The position numbers and the translations under genes were made by a program. Source: an uncultured Bacilli bacterium (lineage in GTDB: Bacteria > Bacillota_I > Bacilli_A > RF39 > UBA660). Taken from it: a stretch of 64,000 bases of DNA. The notes beneath the pieces are model-generated. The model was not told the origin of the DNA and ran no database searches. It saw only the letters and a list, made by a program, of their open reading frames with translations. Location: NCBI GenBank assembly GCA_947626515.1, contig CANQSL010000002.1, positions 14,339 through 78,338 on the forward strand, in the 5' to 3' direction. Positions 49,715-58,625 of this stretch are shown here, piece by piece. Numbering within the stretch: the first letter of the stretch is position 1; each line of letters starts with the position of its first letter.

Positions 49715-49966
49715 ATGGATAAAACAAGTTTATATGAATCAGAGGAAGAAATAGAATCTAGTTTAATGAATACTATTTTAGTAGAAGTTTATAAAAGTTT
49801 AGAAACTAGAGGATATAATCCAACAAGTCAAATAATTGGTTATTTAATTACTGGCGATCCTGGATATATTAGTAGCTTTGAAAATGCGCGAAATAAAATT
49901 ACAAGTTTAGATAGAGAACAAATTTTGGAAGCACTTTTAAATTATTTTATGAGAGCACAAGTATGA
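49715..49966 (+). CDS. ireB: IreB/UPF0297-family regulatory protein (YrzL homologue)
   Basis: GYNPTSQIIGYLITGDPGYISS signature. ATG 49715 follows TAGGAGTG. Confidence 0.85.
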   Translation: MDKTSLYESEEEIESSLMNTILVEVYKSLETRGYNPTSQIIGYLITGDPGYISSFENARNKITSLDREQILEALLNYFMRAQV

Positions 49967-50376
49967 AATATTTAGGTTTAGATTTAGGAACAAAAACTTT
50001 GGGACTTGCAACTACTGATAAATTGGGCATTATATCAAGTCCTTATAAAGTATTAAGATATAATGATATAAATGAATTAATAGTTGAATTGATAAATATA
50101 ATAAAAAATGAAGAAATAGATGAGTTGGTTTTAGGATTGCCCAAAAACATGAATAATAGTTTAGGTTTTGCAGCCGACAGAACGTTTTTGTTTAAAGAAA
50201 AATTAGAAGAAAAAATAGATTTGCCAATTCATTTAGTCGATGAGAGATTAAGTACAAAAGAAGCTGAAGATTTTTTAATAAACAATGATACATCTAGGCA
50301 AAAGAGAAAAAAAATAATTGATGCTTATGCTGCAAGTATAATTTTAGATACATATTTAAAATCGAAAGGAAAATAA
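49963..50376 (+). CDS. ruvX: Holliday junction resolvase-like nuclease RuvX/YqgF
   Basis: YLGLDLGTKTLGLA N-terminus, DERLST, ID..AA..IL. Confidence 0.9.
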   Translation: MKYLGLDLGTKTLGLATTDKLGIISSPYKVLRYNDINELIVELINIIKNEEIDELVLGLPKNMNNSLGFAADRTFLFKEKLEEKIDLPIHLVDERLSTKEAEDFLINNDTSRQKRKKIIDAYAASIILDTYLKSKGK

Positions 50377-50378
50377 TT

Positions 50379-50654
50379 ATGAATTTAAATGGTGGAAAAA
50401 TCATAATTAAAAATCAAGAAAATAAAGAAATAGAATGTGATATATTATTTACTTTTGAAAGTGATGAAACAAATAAAAACTACATAGTATTTACCGATAA
50501 TACTTTTGATGAAAATGGTAATTTAAAAGTTTATGCTAATACTTATAGTAAAGATTTAAATGATGGGGTTCTTGGTGCAATTGAAAGCGAAAAAGAATGG
50601 AAAATAATAGAGCAAATATTGTCGAGTATAAATAATAAGGAAGTAGATAAATGA
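50379..50654 (+). CDS. DUF1292-family protein (YrzB homologue)
   Basis: 91 aa. NYIVFTDNTFDENGNLKVYA pattern and conserved position after ruvX. Confidence 0.75.
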   Translation: MNLNGGKIIIKNQENKEIECDILFTFESDETNKNYIVFTDNTFDENGNLKVYANTYSKDLNDGVLGAIESEKEWKIIEQILSSINNKEVDK

Positions 50655-51715
50655 AGTTAAAAAAATTAATAATTATTTCAATTTTAGTTATATTAATTGC
50701 AATTGTAAGCTCAACGATTATTGCAATTCATAAATTATCTCCTGTAGATAAAAAAGATACAACTTTGATATCTTTTGTTGTAAAAGAAGGTTGGAGTAAA
50801 AATACTATAATAGAGCATCTTGAAAAAGAAGGATTAATAAGAAGTTCTTTTTATGGTAAAATTTTATTAAAAATTGATAATAAAGATTTATATGCTGGTA
50901 CTTATAAACTTAGTAAAGATATGAGTACTCAAGAAATAATAAATAATATAGCAGATCAAAAAAATATAGAGAATGAAACTATTACATTAACTTTTGTTGA
51001 AGGTAAAAGATTAAATCTATATATAAAAACAATAAGTGAAAATTTTCCTTATTCTGAAGAAGAAATTACTGCTAAATTAAAAGATAAAGATTATTTAAAA
51101 ACATTAATAGATAAATATTGGTTTATAACAGATAATATTCTTAATGAAGAAATATATATGCCATTAGAGGGATACTTTTATCCAGATACTTATGAATTTA
51201 AAAAGAATAGTACTTTAGATGACATATTTAATAAATTTTTTGATAATTTAGAGATAAAATTGGAAGATTACAAAGAGGATATTGAACTAGGAAAGTATAA
51301 TGTACATGAGTATTTAACTTTAGCTAGTATAGTTGAATTAGAGGGTGTAAATAGTAGTGATCGAAAAGATGTTGCAGGAGTTTTTTATAACAGGCTTAAT
51401 CAAGGTATGTCTCTAGGAAGTGACGTGACAACATATTATGCAGTTAATAAAGATTTTTCTAAAGATTTAACTAATAGTGATTTAAATAGTTGTAATGGAT
51501 ATAATACTAGGGGAGATTGTGTTAAAGGATTACCTGTTGGACCAATATGCAATGCTGGTTTATCAAGTATTTCAGCGTCAATTGAACCAAATGAGAACGA
51601 TTACTTGTATTTTGTAGCTGATAAACATAAAAAAACTTATTTTAGCAAAACTTATGAAGAGCATAATAAAGTAATTGCAACACTTAAAAGTGAAGATAAT
51701 TGGTATGAATATTAG
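50651..51715 (+). CDS. mltG: endolytic murein transglycosylase MltG (YceG-like)
   Basis: N-terminal TM, ASIVELEG, VFYNRL, GLPVGPICNAG. Confidence 0.9.
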   Translation: MKLKKLIIISILVILIAIVSSTIIAIHKLSPVDKKDTTLISFVVKEGWSKNTIIEHLEKEGLIRSSFYGKILLKIDNKDLYAGTYKLSKDMSTQEIINNIADQKNIENETITLTFVEGKRLNLYIKTISENFPYSEEEITAKLKDKDYLKTLIDKYWFITDNILNEEIYMPLEGYFYPDTYEFKKNSTLDDIFNKFFDNLEIKLEDYKEDIELGKYNVHEYLTLASIVELEGVNSSDRKDVAGVFYNRLNQGMSLGSDVTTYYAVNKDFSKDLTNSDLNSCNGYNTRGDCVKGLPVGPICNAGLSSISASIEPNENDYLYFVADKHKKTYFSKTYEEHNKVIATLKSEDNWYEY

Positions 51716-51721
51716 AAAGTA

Positions 51722-52339
51722 GTGACATTAATGAAAGACTTAATTTTAGAGATGGAACATTATGCTAGTCAAAATAACGTTCCTATAATAGAGCTAGACT
51801 CTATAAAATTTATAATGAAATATATTAAATTGAATAAAGTAAAAACTATTCTTGAAATAGGTACAGCTATAGGTTATTCCGCTATTTTAATGGCTAATGC
51901 TAATAGTTTTTGTGAAATAACAACTATAGAGAAAGATGAAAAAAGATATAGGGAAGCTGTAAAAAATGTTAATAAAAGTGGATTAGACAAAAGAATAGAA
52001 GTAGTATATAACGATGCTTTAGATGTTAATTTAGCAGGTTGTAAATATGATGTTATATTTATAGATGCAGCTAAAGGACAATATATTAAATATTTTGAAA
52101 AGTTTTCAAATTATTTAAATAAAGGTGGAGTAATAATTACTGATAATTTAAAATTTCATGGTTTAGTTAAAAATAAAGATTTAGTAAAATCAAAAAATGT
52201 AATGGGAATAGTAAACAAAATAGAAAAATATATTGAATATTTAAAAACAAATAAAGAATATATTACTAAATTCTATGATATTGGAGATGGCTTATCAGTA
52301 AGCTTTAAAAGAAATGAACAAAGAGTCAATATTGATTAG
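51722..52339 (+). CDS. trmR: SAM-dependent O-methyltransferase, YrrM/TrmR-like
   Basis: ILEIGTAIGYSAILMA and FIDAAKGQY. Synteny with yrrN/yrrO. The start is uncertain (GTG 51722 or ATG 51731). Confidence 0.78.
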   Translation: MTLMKDLILEMEHYASQNNVPIIELDSIKFIMKYIKLNKVKTILEIGTAIGYSAILMANANSFCEITTIEKDEKRYREAVKNVNKSGLDKRIEVVYNDALDVNLAGCKYDVIFIDAAKGQYIKYFEKFSNYLNKGGVIITDNLKFHGLVKNKDLVKSKNVMGIVNKIEKYIEYLKTNKEYITKFYDIGDGLSVSFKRNEQRVNID

Positions 52340-53102
52340 AATAAATAATAAAAGAGATTTAGAAAAATATGAGAAAATTGGTATCAACAATTTTCTTTTT
52401 GCAGTTGAAGATTTTAGTATAGGATATAATGCATTTAATTTAGATGAGTTATTAGAATTAAATAAAACATATAATATTTTTATATCTATGAATAGGATTT
52501 TTAATACTTTTGATATAGAAAATATAAAAAAATTAAAAGATAAGTTTTCTAAATTTAAATATATTTTCTTTGAAGATATAGCAATATATAATATATTTAA
52601 AGATACTAATGTTAATTTAATTATGAATAGCAATCATTTTTTAACTAGTATAAATATAATTAATTTTTGGACTAGTTTAGTATATAGTACTACAATTAGT
52701 AATGAATTAACTAAAGAAGAAGTTAAATATATATTAGATAATGCTAATAAACCGTTGATTTTAAATGTTTTTGGGTTAAATAATATTATGTACTCTAGAA
52801 GAAAATTATTGAGTAATTTTAATACTAAATTTAATTTAGATAAAAGAAATAAAATAATTTTAAATGAAGGAGTAAGTAAACAATCATTTTTAGTTAAAGA
52901 AACAGAATATGGAACTATCTTTTTTAATAATAAATATTACAATATAATACCATATATAGAAAATTTTAATAAAGATAATATTTTATATTATTTAATAGAT
53001 ACTGATTTGGATTATAACGAATTAATAAAATTAGATAATTCTAGTTTTGATGATGGTTTTATGAATAAAAAAACTATATATAAGATAGGTGATATCAAAT
53101 GA
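52314..53102 (+). CDS. yrrN: peptidase U32-family protein, YrrN-like
   Basis: Size, position and weak U32-like N-terminus. Precedes and overlaps the canonical U32 gene, as in the B. subtilis yrrN-yrrO arrangement. Confidence 0.6.
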   Translation: MNKESILIRINNKRDLEKYEKIGINNFLFAVEDFSIGYNAFNLDELLELNKTYNIFISMNRIFNTFDIENIKKLKDKFSKFKYIFFEDIAIYNIFKDTNVNLIMNSNHFLTSINIINFWTSLVYSTTISNELTKEEVKYILDNANKPLILNVFGLNNIMYSRRKLLSNFNTKFNLDKRNKIILNEGVSKQSFLVKETEYGTIFFNNKYYNIIPYIENFNKDNILYYLIDTDLDYNELIKLDNSSFDDGFMNKKTIYKIGDIK

Positions 53103-54292
53103 TAGAAATATTGAGTCCTGCAGGAGATTTAGAACGTTTGAAGATATCTTTACTTTATGGTGCGGATGCAGTATATATTGGAGGTAAGAATTATTCTTTA
53201 AGGGCTAATGCTGTTAATTTTACTAATGAAGAGATAAAAGAAGCTGCTATATATGCTCATAAGTTAAAAAAGAAAGTTTATGTTACTGTTAATATTGTAT
53301 TTCACAATGAAGAATTTAAAGATATATTAGAATATTTAAAGTATTTGGAAAGTATTGAAGTCGATGGAATTATTGTAAGTGATATAAGTATAATGAACTT
53401 AGTTAAAGAAAAAAATATAAATTTGGAATTACATGTAAGTACTCAAGCTAGTATAACAAATTATGAAACAGCATTATTTTATAAAAACTTAGGAGTTAAA
53501 AGATTAGTTTTAGCAAGAGAGTGTAGTAAGGACGATATAAAAAAAATTAAAGAATATACTAATCTTGATTTAGAAGCTTTTATACATGGGGCAATGTGTA
53601 CTAGTATTAGTGGGCGTTGTGTATTATCAAATTATTGTACTAATAGAGATTCAAATCGTGGAGGATGTGCACAAGTTTGTAGATGGGAATTTGATTATTT
53701 AGATTTAAAAGGTGAAAAAATAACTAATATACCTTTTAGTATGACTCCAAAAGATTTAAATATGGTAACTTATATAAAAGATATGATAGAAGTTGGAATA
53801 AATTCTTTTAAAATAGAAGGAAGAATGCGCAGTATATATTATATTGCTACTGTTATTTTAATATATAGAAGATTAGTTGATAAAATAGTAAATAATACTT
53901 TAACTGATGCATATATTAAATATTGTATTAATATATTAAATAGATGCGCTAATAGGGAATCTGCACCACAATTTTTTACATCTTTACCAGGTGTAAATGA
54001 ACAATATTATTTAGGAAGAACTGAAATAAGCAATCAAGATTTTTTAGGACTAGTATTAGATTATAAAGATGGATTTGCAATTATAGAAGAGAGAAATTAC
54101 TTTGAGGTTGGAACAGAAGTTCAATTTTTTGGTCCAAATACAGACACTTTTAATTATAAAATAGAAGAAATTTTTGATGATTCAAATAATCTTATAAATA
54201 TTGCTAATCATCCTAAAATGATACTTAAAATAAGGGTAGATAAAGAATTAAAACCCTATGATATGATGCGACTAAAAATATTTGACATTTAG
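53099..54292 (+). CDS. yrrO: peptidase U32-family protein, YrrO/TrhP-like
   Basis: EILSPAGDLERLK, ELHVSTQ, Cys cluster CTSISGRCVLSNYCTNRDSNRGGCAQVCR, FKIEGRMR. Confidence 0.85.
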   Translation: MIEILSPAGDLERLKISLLYGADAVYIGGKNYSLRANAVNFTNEEIKEAAIYAHKLKKKVYVTVNIVFHNEEFKDILEYLKYLESIEVDGIIVSDISIMNLVKEKNINLELHVSTQASITNYETALFYKNLGVKRLVLARECSKDDIKKIKEYTNLDLEAFIHGAMCTSISGRCVLSNYCTNRDSNRGGCAQVCRWEFDYLDLKGEKITNIPFSMTPKDLNMVTYIKDMIEVGINSFKIEGRMRSIYYIATVILIYRRLVDKIVNNTLTDAYIKYCINILNRCANRESAPQFFTSLPGVNEQYYLGRTEISNQDFLGLVLDYKDGFAIIEERNYFEVGTEVQFFGPNTDTFNYKIEEIFDDSNNLINIANHPKMILKIRVDKELKPYDMMRLKIFDI

Positions 54293-54348
54293 TAAGTTTT
54301 GTAGTATTCTTATGACTGTTAAATTATTTATGAATTGAAAGGTGATTA

Positions 54349-54822
54349 ATGATGAAACAAAAAAAAGAATTTTTACTTACAAGTGAAGGTTTTTTAGAAC
54401 TTGAAACTGAATTGAATAATTTAAAAACAAATGATAGACCAAGAATAATAGAAGCTATAAAAGAAGCTCGTGCTCAAGGCGATTTATCAGAAAATGCTGA
54501 TTATGATGCTGCAAGAGATGAACAAGCTAAAATAGAAGCTAGAATTCAAGAGTTGGAATATATGCTTGAACATGCAAAAATAATAGAAAAAGCAAAAGGT
54601 GATAAAGTTACAGTTGGAACAGTTGTCACTGTTGAATATATTGATGATAATGAAGAGGAGGTTTATTCAATAGTTGGTTCTATGGAAGCTGATCCATTTG
54701 AAAATAAAATATCAAATGAATCTCCTATTGGAAAAGCTATAATGAATAAAAAAGTAGGAGATATAATAAGTGTTGAAAGTCCTAATGGAAATTATGACAT
54801 TAAAATAGTTAATATTGCTTAA
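54349..54822 (+). CDS. greA: transcription elongation factor GreA
   Basis: 157 aa. AIKEARAQGDLSENADYDAARDEQ signature. Confidence 0.93.
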   Translation: MMKQKKEFLLTSEGFLELETELNNLKTNDRPRIIEAIKEARAQGDLSENADYDAARDEQAKIEARIQELEYMLEHAKIIEKAKGDKVTVGTVVTVEYIDDNEEEVYSIVGSMEADPFENKISNESPIGKAIMNKKVGDIISVESPNGNYDIKIVNIA

Positions 54823-54887
54823 CTATTTTTTTTAAAATACTATGAAACTTTGCTATTTTTTAGTATAATTATTTTTAGGTGATAAAA

Positions 54888-56195
54888 ATGTTTGAATACA
54901 TGGGAGATAGAATTTCTAATGCTATAAAGAATATTAGAGGTATGGGACGTATTACTGAGGAAAATATCAGTGAAGCCATGCGCGAGATTAGAATGGCTCT
55001 TTTAGAAGCAGATGTTAATTATGAAGTAGTAAAAGAGTTTGTTAGAAATGTAAAAGAAAAAGCATTAGGAATGGAAGTAGAAAAAAATTTAAAACCTGAT
55101 GAATTATTTATTAAACTAGTTAAAGATGAATTAATTGATTTGTTAGGTAAAGAATATATAGGCTTAAATATAGAAAAAAAACCTACAATTATGATGTTAG
55201 TAGGTTTGCAAGGTAGTGGTAAAACAACTACAGTTGGAAAACTTGCTAATATGTTGAGAAAGAAACATAAAAAAAATCCATTGCTAGTAGCATGTGACGT
55301 ATATAGACCTGCTGCTATAGATCAATTGTTATCTATTGGAAAATCATTAAATATAGAGGTGTTTGAAAAAGGAAATAAAAATCCTTTGGATATAGTTAAA
55401 GAAGCTTTAGAATATGCTAAATCAAATAATTTTGATACTATTATTATAGATACAGCTGGAAGATTACACATAGATGAAAATTTAATGAATGAGTTAGTAG
55501 ATATTAATATGTTTGCGAAACCTGATGAAGTATTACTAGTAATTGATGCTATGATGGGACAAGATGCAATTAATGTAATAAAAGGTTTTAACGATAAATT
55601 ACCACTTACGGGGGCAATATTAACGAAAATGGATGGTAATACAAAAGGTGGGGTTGCTTTATCCGTTAGACATTTAACAAATATTCCAATAAAATTTTTA
55701 GGTAATAGTGAAAAGATGGATGGATTGACAGAATTCTATCCTGAAAGAATGGCTGAGAGAATTCTAGATATGGGAGACATTTTATCAATAGCTGAAAAAG
55801 TTGAAGGCGTAATTGATGAAAGTGAAGCAGAAAATTTAGCTAAAAAAATGAAAAAAGGTAATTACGATTTAGAAGATTTTCTCACTAATTTAAAACAAAT
55901 AAAAAAACTAGGCCCTTTAGAGAACATATTAAAAATGTTGCCAGGAGCTAGAAAAATGGGTTTAAATAATATAAATATTAATCCAAAAGATTTTGCTCAT
56001 ATTGAAGCAATAATTCTTTCAATGACACCATATGAAAGAAGACATCCAGATGTTCTAAAAAATTCAAGAAAGTTAAGAATAAGTAAAGGTTCAGGAAGAA
56101 GTGTCGAAGAAATTAATAGGTTATTAAAGCAATTTGAGCAAATGAAAGCTATGATGAAACAAGTAAGTAGTGGAAATATGAAATTACCATTTTAA
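54888..56195 (+). CDS. ffh: signal recognition particle protein Ffh
   Basis: MFEYMGDRISNAIKNIRG, GLQGSGKTTT, DTAGRLH, TKMDG. Met-rich M domain. Confidence 0.95.
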   Translation: MFEYMGDRISNAIKNIRGMGRITEENISEAMREIRMALLEADVNYEVVKEFVRNVKEKALGMEVEKNLKPDELFIKLVKDELIDLLGKEYIGLNIEKKPTIMMLVGLQGSGKTTTVGKLANMLRKKHKKNPLLVACDVYRPAAIDQLLSIGKSLNIEVFEKGNKNPLDIVKEALEYAKSNNFDTIIIDTAGRLHIDENLMNELVDINMFAKPDEVLLVIDAMMGQDAINVIKGFNDKLPLTGAILTKMDGNTKGGVALSVRHLTNIPIKFLGNSEKMDGLTEFYPERMAERILDMGDILSIAEKVEGVIDESEAENLAKKMKKGNYDLEDFLTNLKQIKKLGPLENILKMLPGARKMGLNNININPKDFAHIEAIILSMTPYERRHPDVLKNSRKLRISKGSGRSVEEINRLLKQFEQMKAMMKQVSSGNMKLPF

Positions 56196-56216
56196 AAGAG
56201 TACAAAAGTACTCTTT

Positions 56217-56756
56217 TTAACAATTTATTTTATTTTTTAATTCAGAGATAAAGGAATTAATTTCATCTTCATGGCTTAAAATATCATCACTTCCTAAACA
56301 ATTGTTGAATTTCTTATCCAAAATTACATTCATTCCAGAACTTTCGGCAAAACTTATTAAACTCGTTAAAGCAGCTTCAGTGCTATATAAATCATCACTT
56401 TTAGCACCTATAGAAACAGCAATCATATTTTTTCCCTTTAATCCTCGTCTTGAAAATAATGGATTTAATCTATCCATAAAAATTTTTATATCACCACTTA
56501 GTATATTCCATCTAGTGGGCGTAATAAAAACTAAATCATTATTATTCTTTACTTTTTCTATATTATTTTTCATGTCATCTGTAAATCCACATATTCCATC
56601 TTTATCACAATCCATACATCCAGTACATATGTGAATTTTTTGATTTCCAGGAACAATTATTTCAGTATTAATTCTTTCTTTATCAAAAGCTTCTTTAATT
56701 TTATTAGCAAGTTTTAAGCTATTACCATCTCTTCTTGACCCAACTATAATTAACAT
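56217..56756 (-). CDS. flavodoxin-like FMN reductase / iron-sulfur flavoprotein-like protein
   Basis: MLIIVGSRRDGNS N-terminus and Cys cluster CTGCMDCDKDGIC. The internal ATG at 56756 has an AGGAGGA RBS (56763-56769). The ORF track started at 56786. Confidence 0.72.
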   Translation of the reverse strand: MLIIVGSRRDGNSLKLANKIKEAFDKERINTEIIVPGNQKIHICTGCMDCDKDGICGFTDDMKNNIEKVKNNNDLVFITPTRWNILSGDIKIFMDRLNPLFSRRGLKGKNMIAVSIGAKSDDLYSTEAALTSLISFAESSGMNVILDKKFNNCLGSDDILSHEDEINSFISELKNKINC

Positions 56757-57003
56757 AATTTTTCCTCCTAAAAATAGTTTTAACATAATTTAATCTTTTA
56801 TTCATATATTTGACAAAATAATTTAGCTTATGCTAGAATATGACTCTATAAGTAAGTAATACATAAATAAATTATTAATATTCTAAAAAAGGAATATAAT
56901 TATCTAGATGAAATACAGCTGTAGAATAATAAAAATCTTATTTGTGATAAAATTAATATTTTTATAATAATTTTATTATGATAGAATTTAAATAGGTGAT
57001 AAT

Positions 57004-58380
57004 ATGTTTAATTTAAAAAATTATAATAATATTTATATGATTGGTATTGGTGGAGTAAGCATGAGTGGTCTTGCACATATACTTAAGTCGTGGAATTTTA
57101 ATGTTTCTGGAAGCGATAGGGAAAGTTCTAATTCTACAGAATTATTGGAACATTCTGGAATAAAAGTAAATATTGGCCAAATATATGAAAATATAAGTAG
57201 TGACATTGATTTGGTAGTATATACAGCCGCTATAAAAAGTGATAACCCAGAATTAATGCATGCAAGAGAATTAAATATAAAAACTTTAGAAAGAGGAGAA
57301 TTCTTAGGAGAATTAACCAAACTTTTTGATAATACTATAGGTATTGCAGGAACTCATGGAAAAACTACAACAACATCGATGGTATCTTTGTGTTTTCTAA
57401 ATGCTAATACTGATCCTACTATTCAAGTAGGAAGTGAACTTAAAAATATAAACGGAAATTATAGAGTAGGGAAAAGTGATACTTTTATTATAGAAGCTTG
57501 TGAATATTGTGATAGTTTTTTAAATTTTAAGCAGAAGAGTGCAATAGTACTTAATATAGATAATGATCATTTAGATTATTTTAAAAATTTAGATAATATA
57601 AAAAAATCATTTAAGGAATATGTAAGTCATTTACCTAAAGATGGAGTATTAGTTATAAATGGCGAAGATACTAATTCTAATTTTTTATCTAATTGTACTA
57701 AAGCCGAGGTATTAAAATTTGGTTTTAATAAAGACTTAGATTACAATGCTCAAAATATAAAATTTAATGATATGGGTTATCCTTCATATGATTTATATAA
57801 TAAAGATAAATTTGTTGATAAAATAGAATTAAATGTATTGGGAATACATAATGTTTTAAATAGTCTTGCTTGTATAAGTTTATGTTTATTTTATAATCTA
57901 GATTTAGAAAGTATAAAAAAAGGATTGAAAGATTTTACTGGAGCTGCTAGAAGATTTGAATTTAAGGGCATATTTAATGAAGCTAAAGTTTATGATGATT
58001 ATGGTCATCATCCAACTGAAGTTAATGCTGTAAGTAATTCAATACAAAATAAAATATTTAATAAATCTTGGGTAATATTTGAGCCTCATACTTTTTCTAG
58101 AGTATATAATCATGCGTCTGATTTTGCTAAAGCATTAGTTAATTTTGATAATATAATAATTACTGATATATATGCAGCAAGAGAGAAAAACACTTTTGGC
58201 GTCAGTCCAAATACTATAATAGAAGAGTTAAAAAAAATTAATAAAGAAGCTATATATATAAGTGATTATAATGAAATATTAAAATATTTAAGTGAACGAG
58301 TTCAAAAAGATGACTTAATATTAACTTTAGGAGCAGGATATATAACAAAATTAAGCAATTTATTAATAGAAAAAAGATAG
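57004..58380 (+). CDS. murC: UDP-N-acetylmuramate--L-alanine ligase
   Basis: GIGGVSMSGLA, GIAGTHGKTTTT, DDYGHHPTE. Confidence 0.93.
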   Translation: MFNLKNYNNIYMIGIGGVSMSGLAHILKSWNFNVSGSDRESSNSTELLEHSGIKVNIGQIYENISSDIDLVVYTAAIKSDNPELMHARELNIKTLERGEFLGELTKLFDNTIGIAGTHGKTTTTSMVSLCFLNANTDPTIQVGSELKNINGNYRVGKSDTFIIEACEYCDSFLNFKQKSAIVLNIDNDHLDYFKNLDNIKKSFKEYVSHLPKDGVLVINGEDTNSNFLSNCTKAEVLKFGFNKDLDYNAQNIKFNDMGYPSYDLYNKDKFVDKIELNVLGIHNVLNSLACISLCLFYNLDLESIKKGLKDFTGAARRFEFKGIFNEAKVYDDYGHHPTEVNAVSNSIQNKIFNKSWVIFEPHTFSRVYNHASDFAKALVNFDNIIITDIYAAREKNTFGVSPNTIIEELKKINKEAIYISDYNEILKYLSERVQKDDLILTLGAGYITKLSNLLIEKR

Positions 58381-58401
58381 TATATTTTTTACTATCTTTT
58401 T
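58373..58401 (+). terminator. intrinsic terminator overlapping the murC stop
   Basis: aaagatagta (58373-58382) / tactatcttt (58390-58399), 7-nt loop, T-run. Confidence 0.6.
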
Positions 58402-58625
58402 AAATGTTTTATTTAAATACGCAACATTTTGATTAACTTGTTTAATTCTGTTATTTTTTTAAATATTTTTAATTTTTTTTATGTCATTTTCTTTAGAAAT
58501 TCTCACTTCTTTATTATTAATATTTGCTATTTTATCAAAATTAGTTAAATCTATAGTTATCATAAATGTATTATTCTTAATTTTTGCAAGATTGGATTTA
58601 AATTAATATATAAAAAGAAGTAAAT

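Noticed and set aside
966-54887. Upstream GTG/TTG starts proposed by the ORF track for several genes (966, 2829, 3846, 5311, 16690, 17751, 25146, 32121, 37379, 47952, 49706, 54879; also 56786 on the minus strand).
   Set aside because: In each case a downstream ATG lies 3-7 nt after a GGAGG/GGTGA-type Shine-Dalgarno, and the resulting N-terminus matches the family consensus (for example MKRIAINGFGRIGR for Gap and MFEYMGDR for Ffh). The longer starts overlap the SD itself or the upstream gene.
56908-56967. A 19-aa ORF (MKYSCRIIKILFVIKLIFL) upstream of murC. Its start resembles the MKFSC... mini-ORF at 15608, hinting at a shared leader-peptide family near mur genes.
   Set aside because: The only SD-like AAGGAA is 13 nt upstream of the ATG (56890-56895), further than the 3-7 nt spacing seen at the starts called in this window. 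Similarity is limited to 4 residues, and in ~75% A+T DNA this is plausibly chance. I noted a strong-looking TTGACA-19-TGcTAGAAT element at 56809-56839 but left it uncalled because of the 19-nt spacer.
58462-58563. A 33-aa minus-strand ORF (MITIDLTNFDKIANINNKEVRISKENDIKKIKNI) downstream of the Lys/Glu-rich gene.
   Set aside because: It has no Shine-Dalgarno and no recognisable family, and its length is within chance expectation. It may be a gene remnant, but that cannot be supported from sequence alone.
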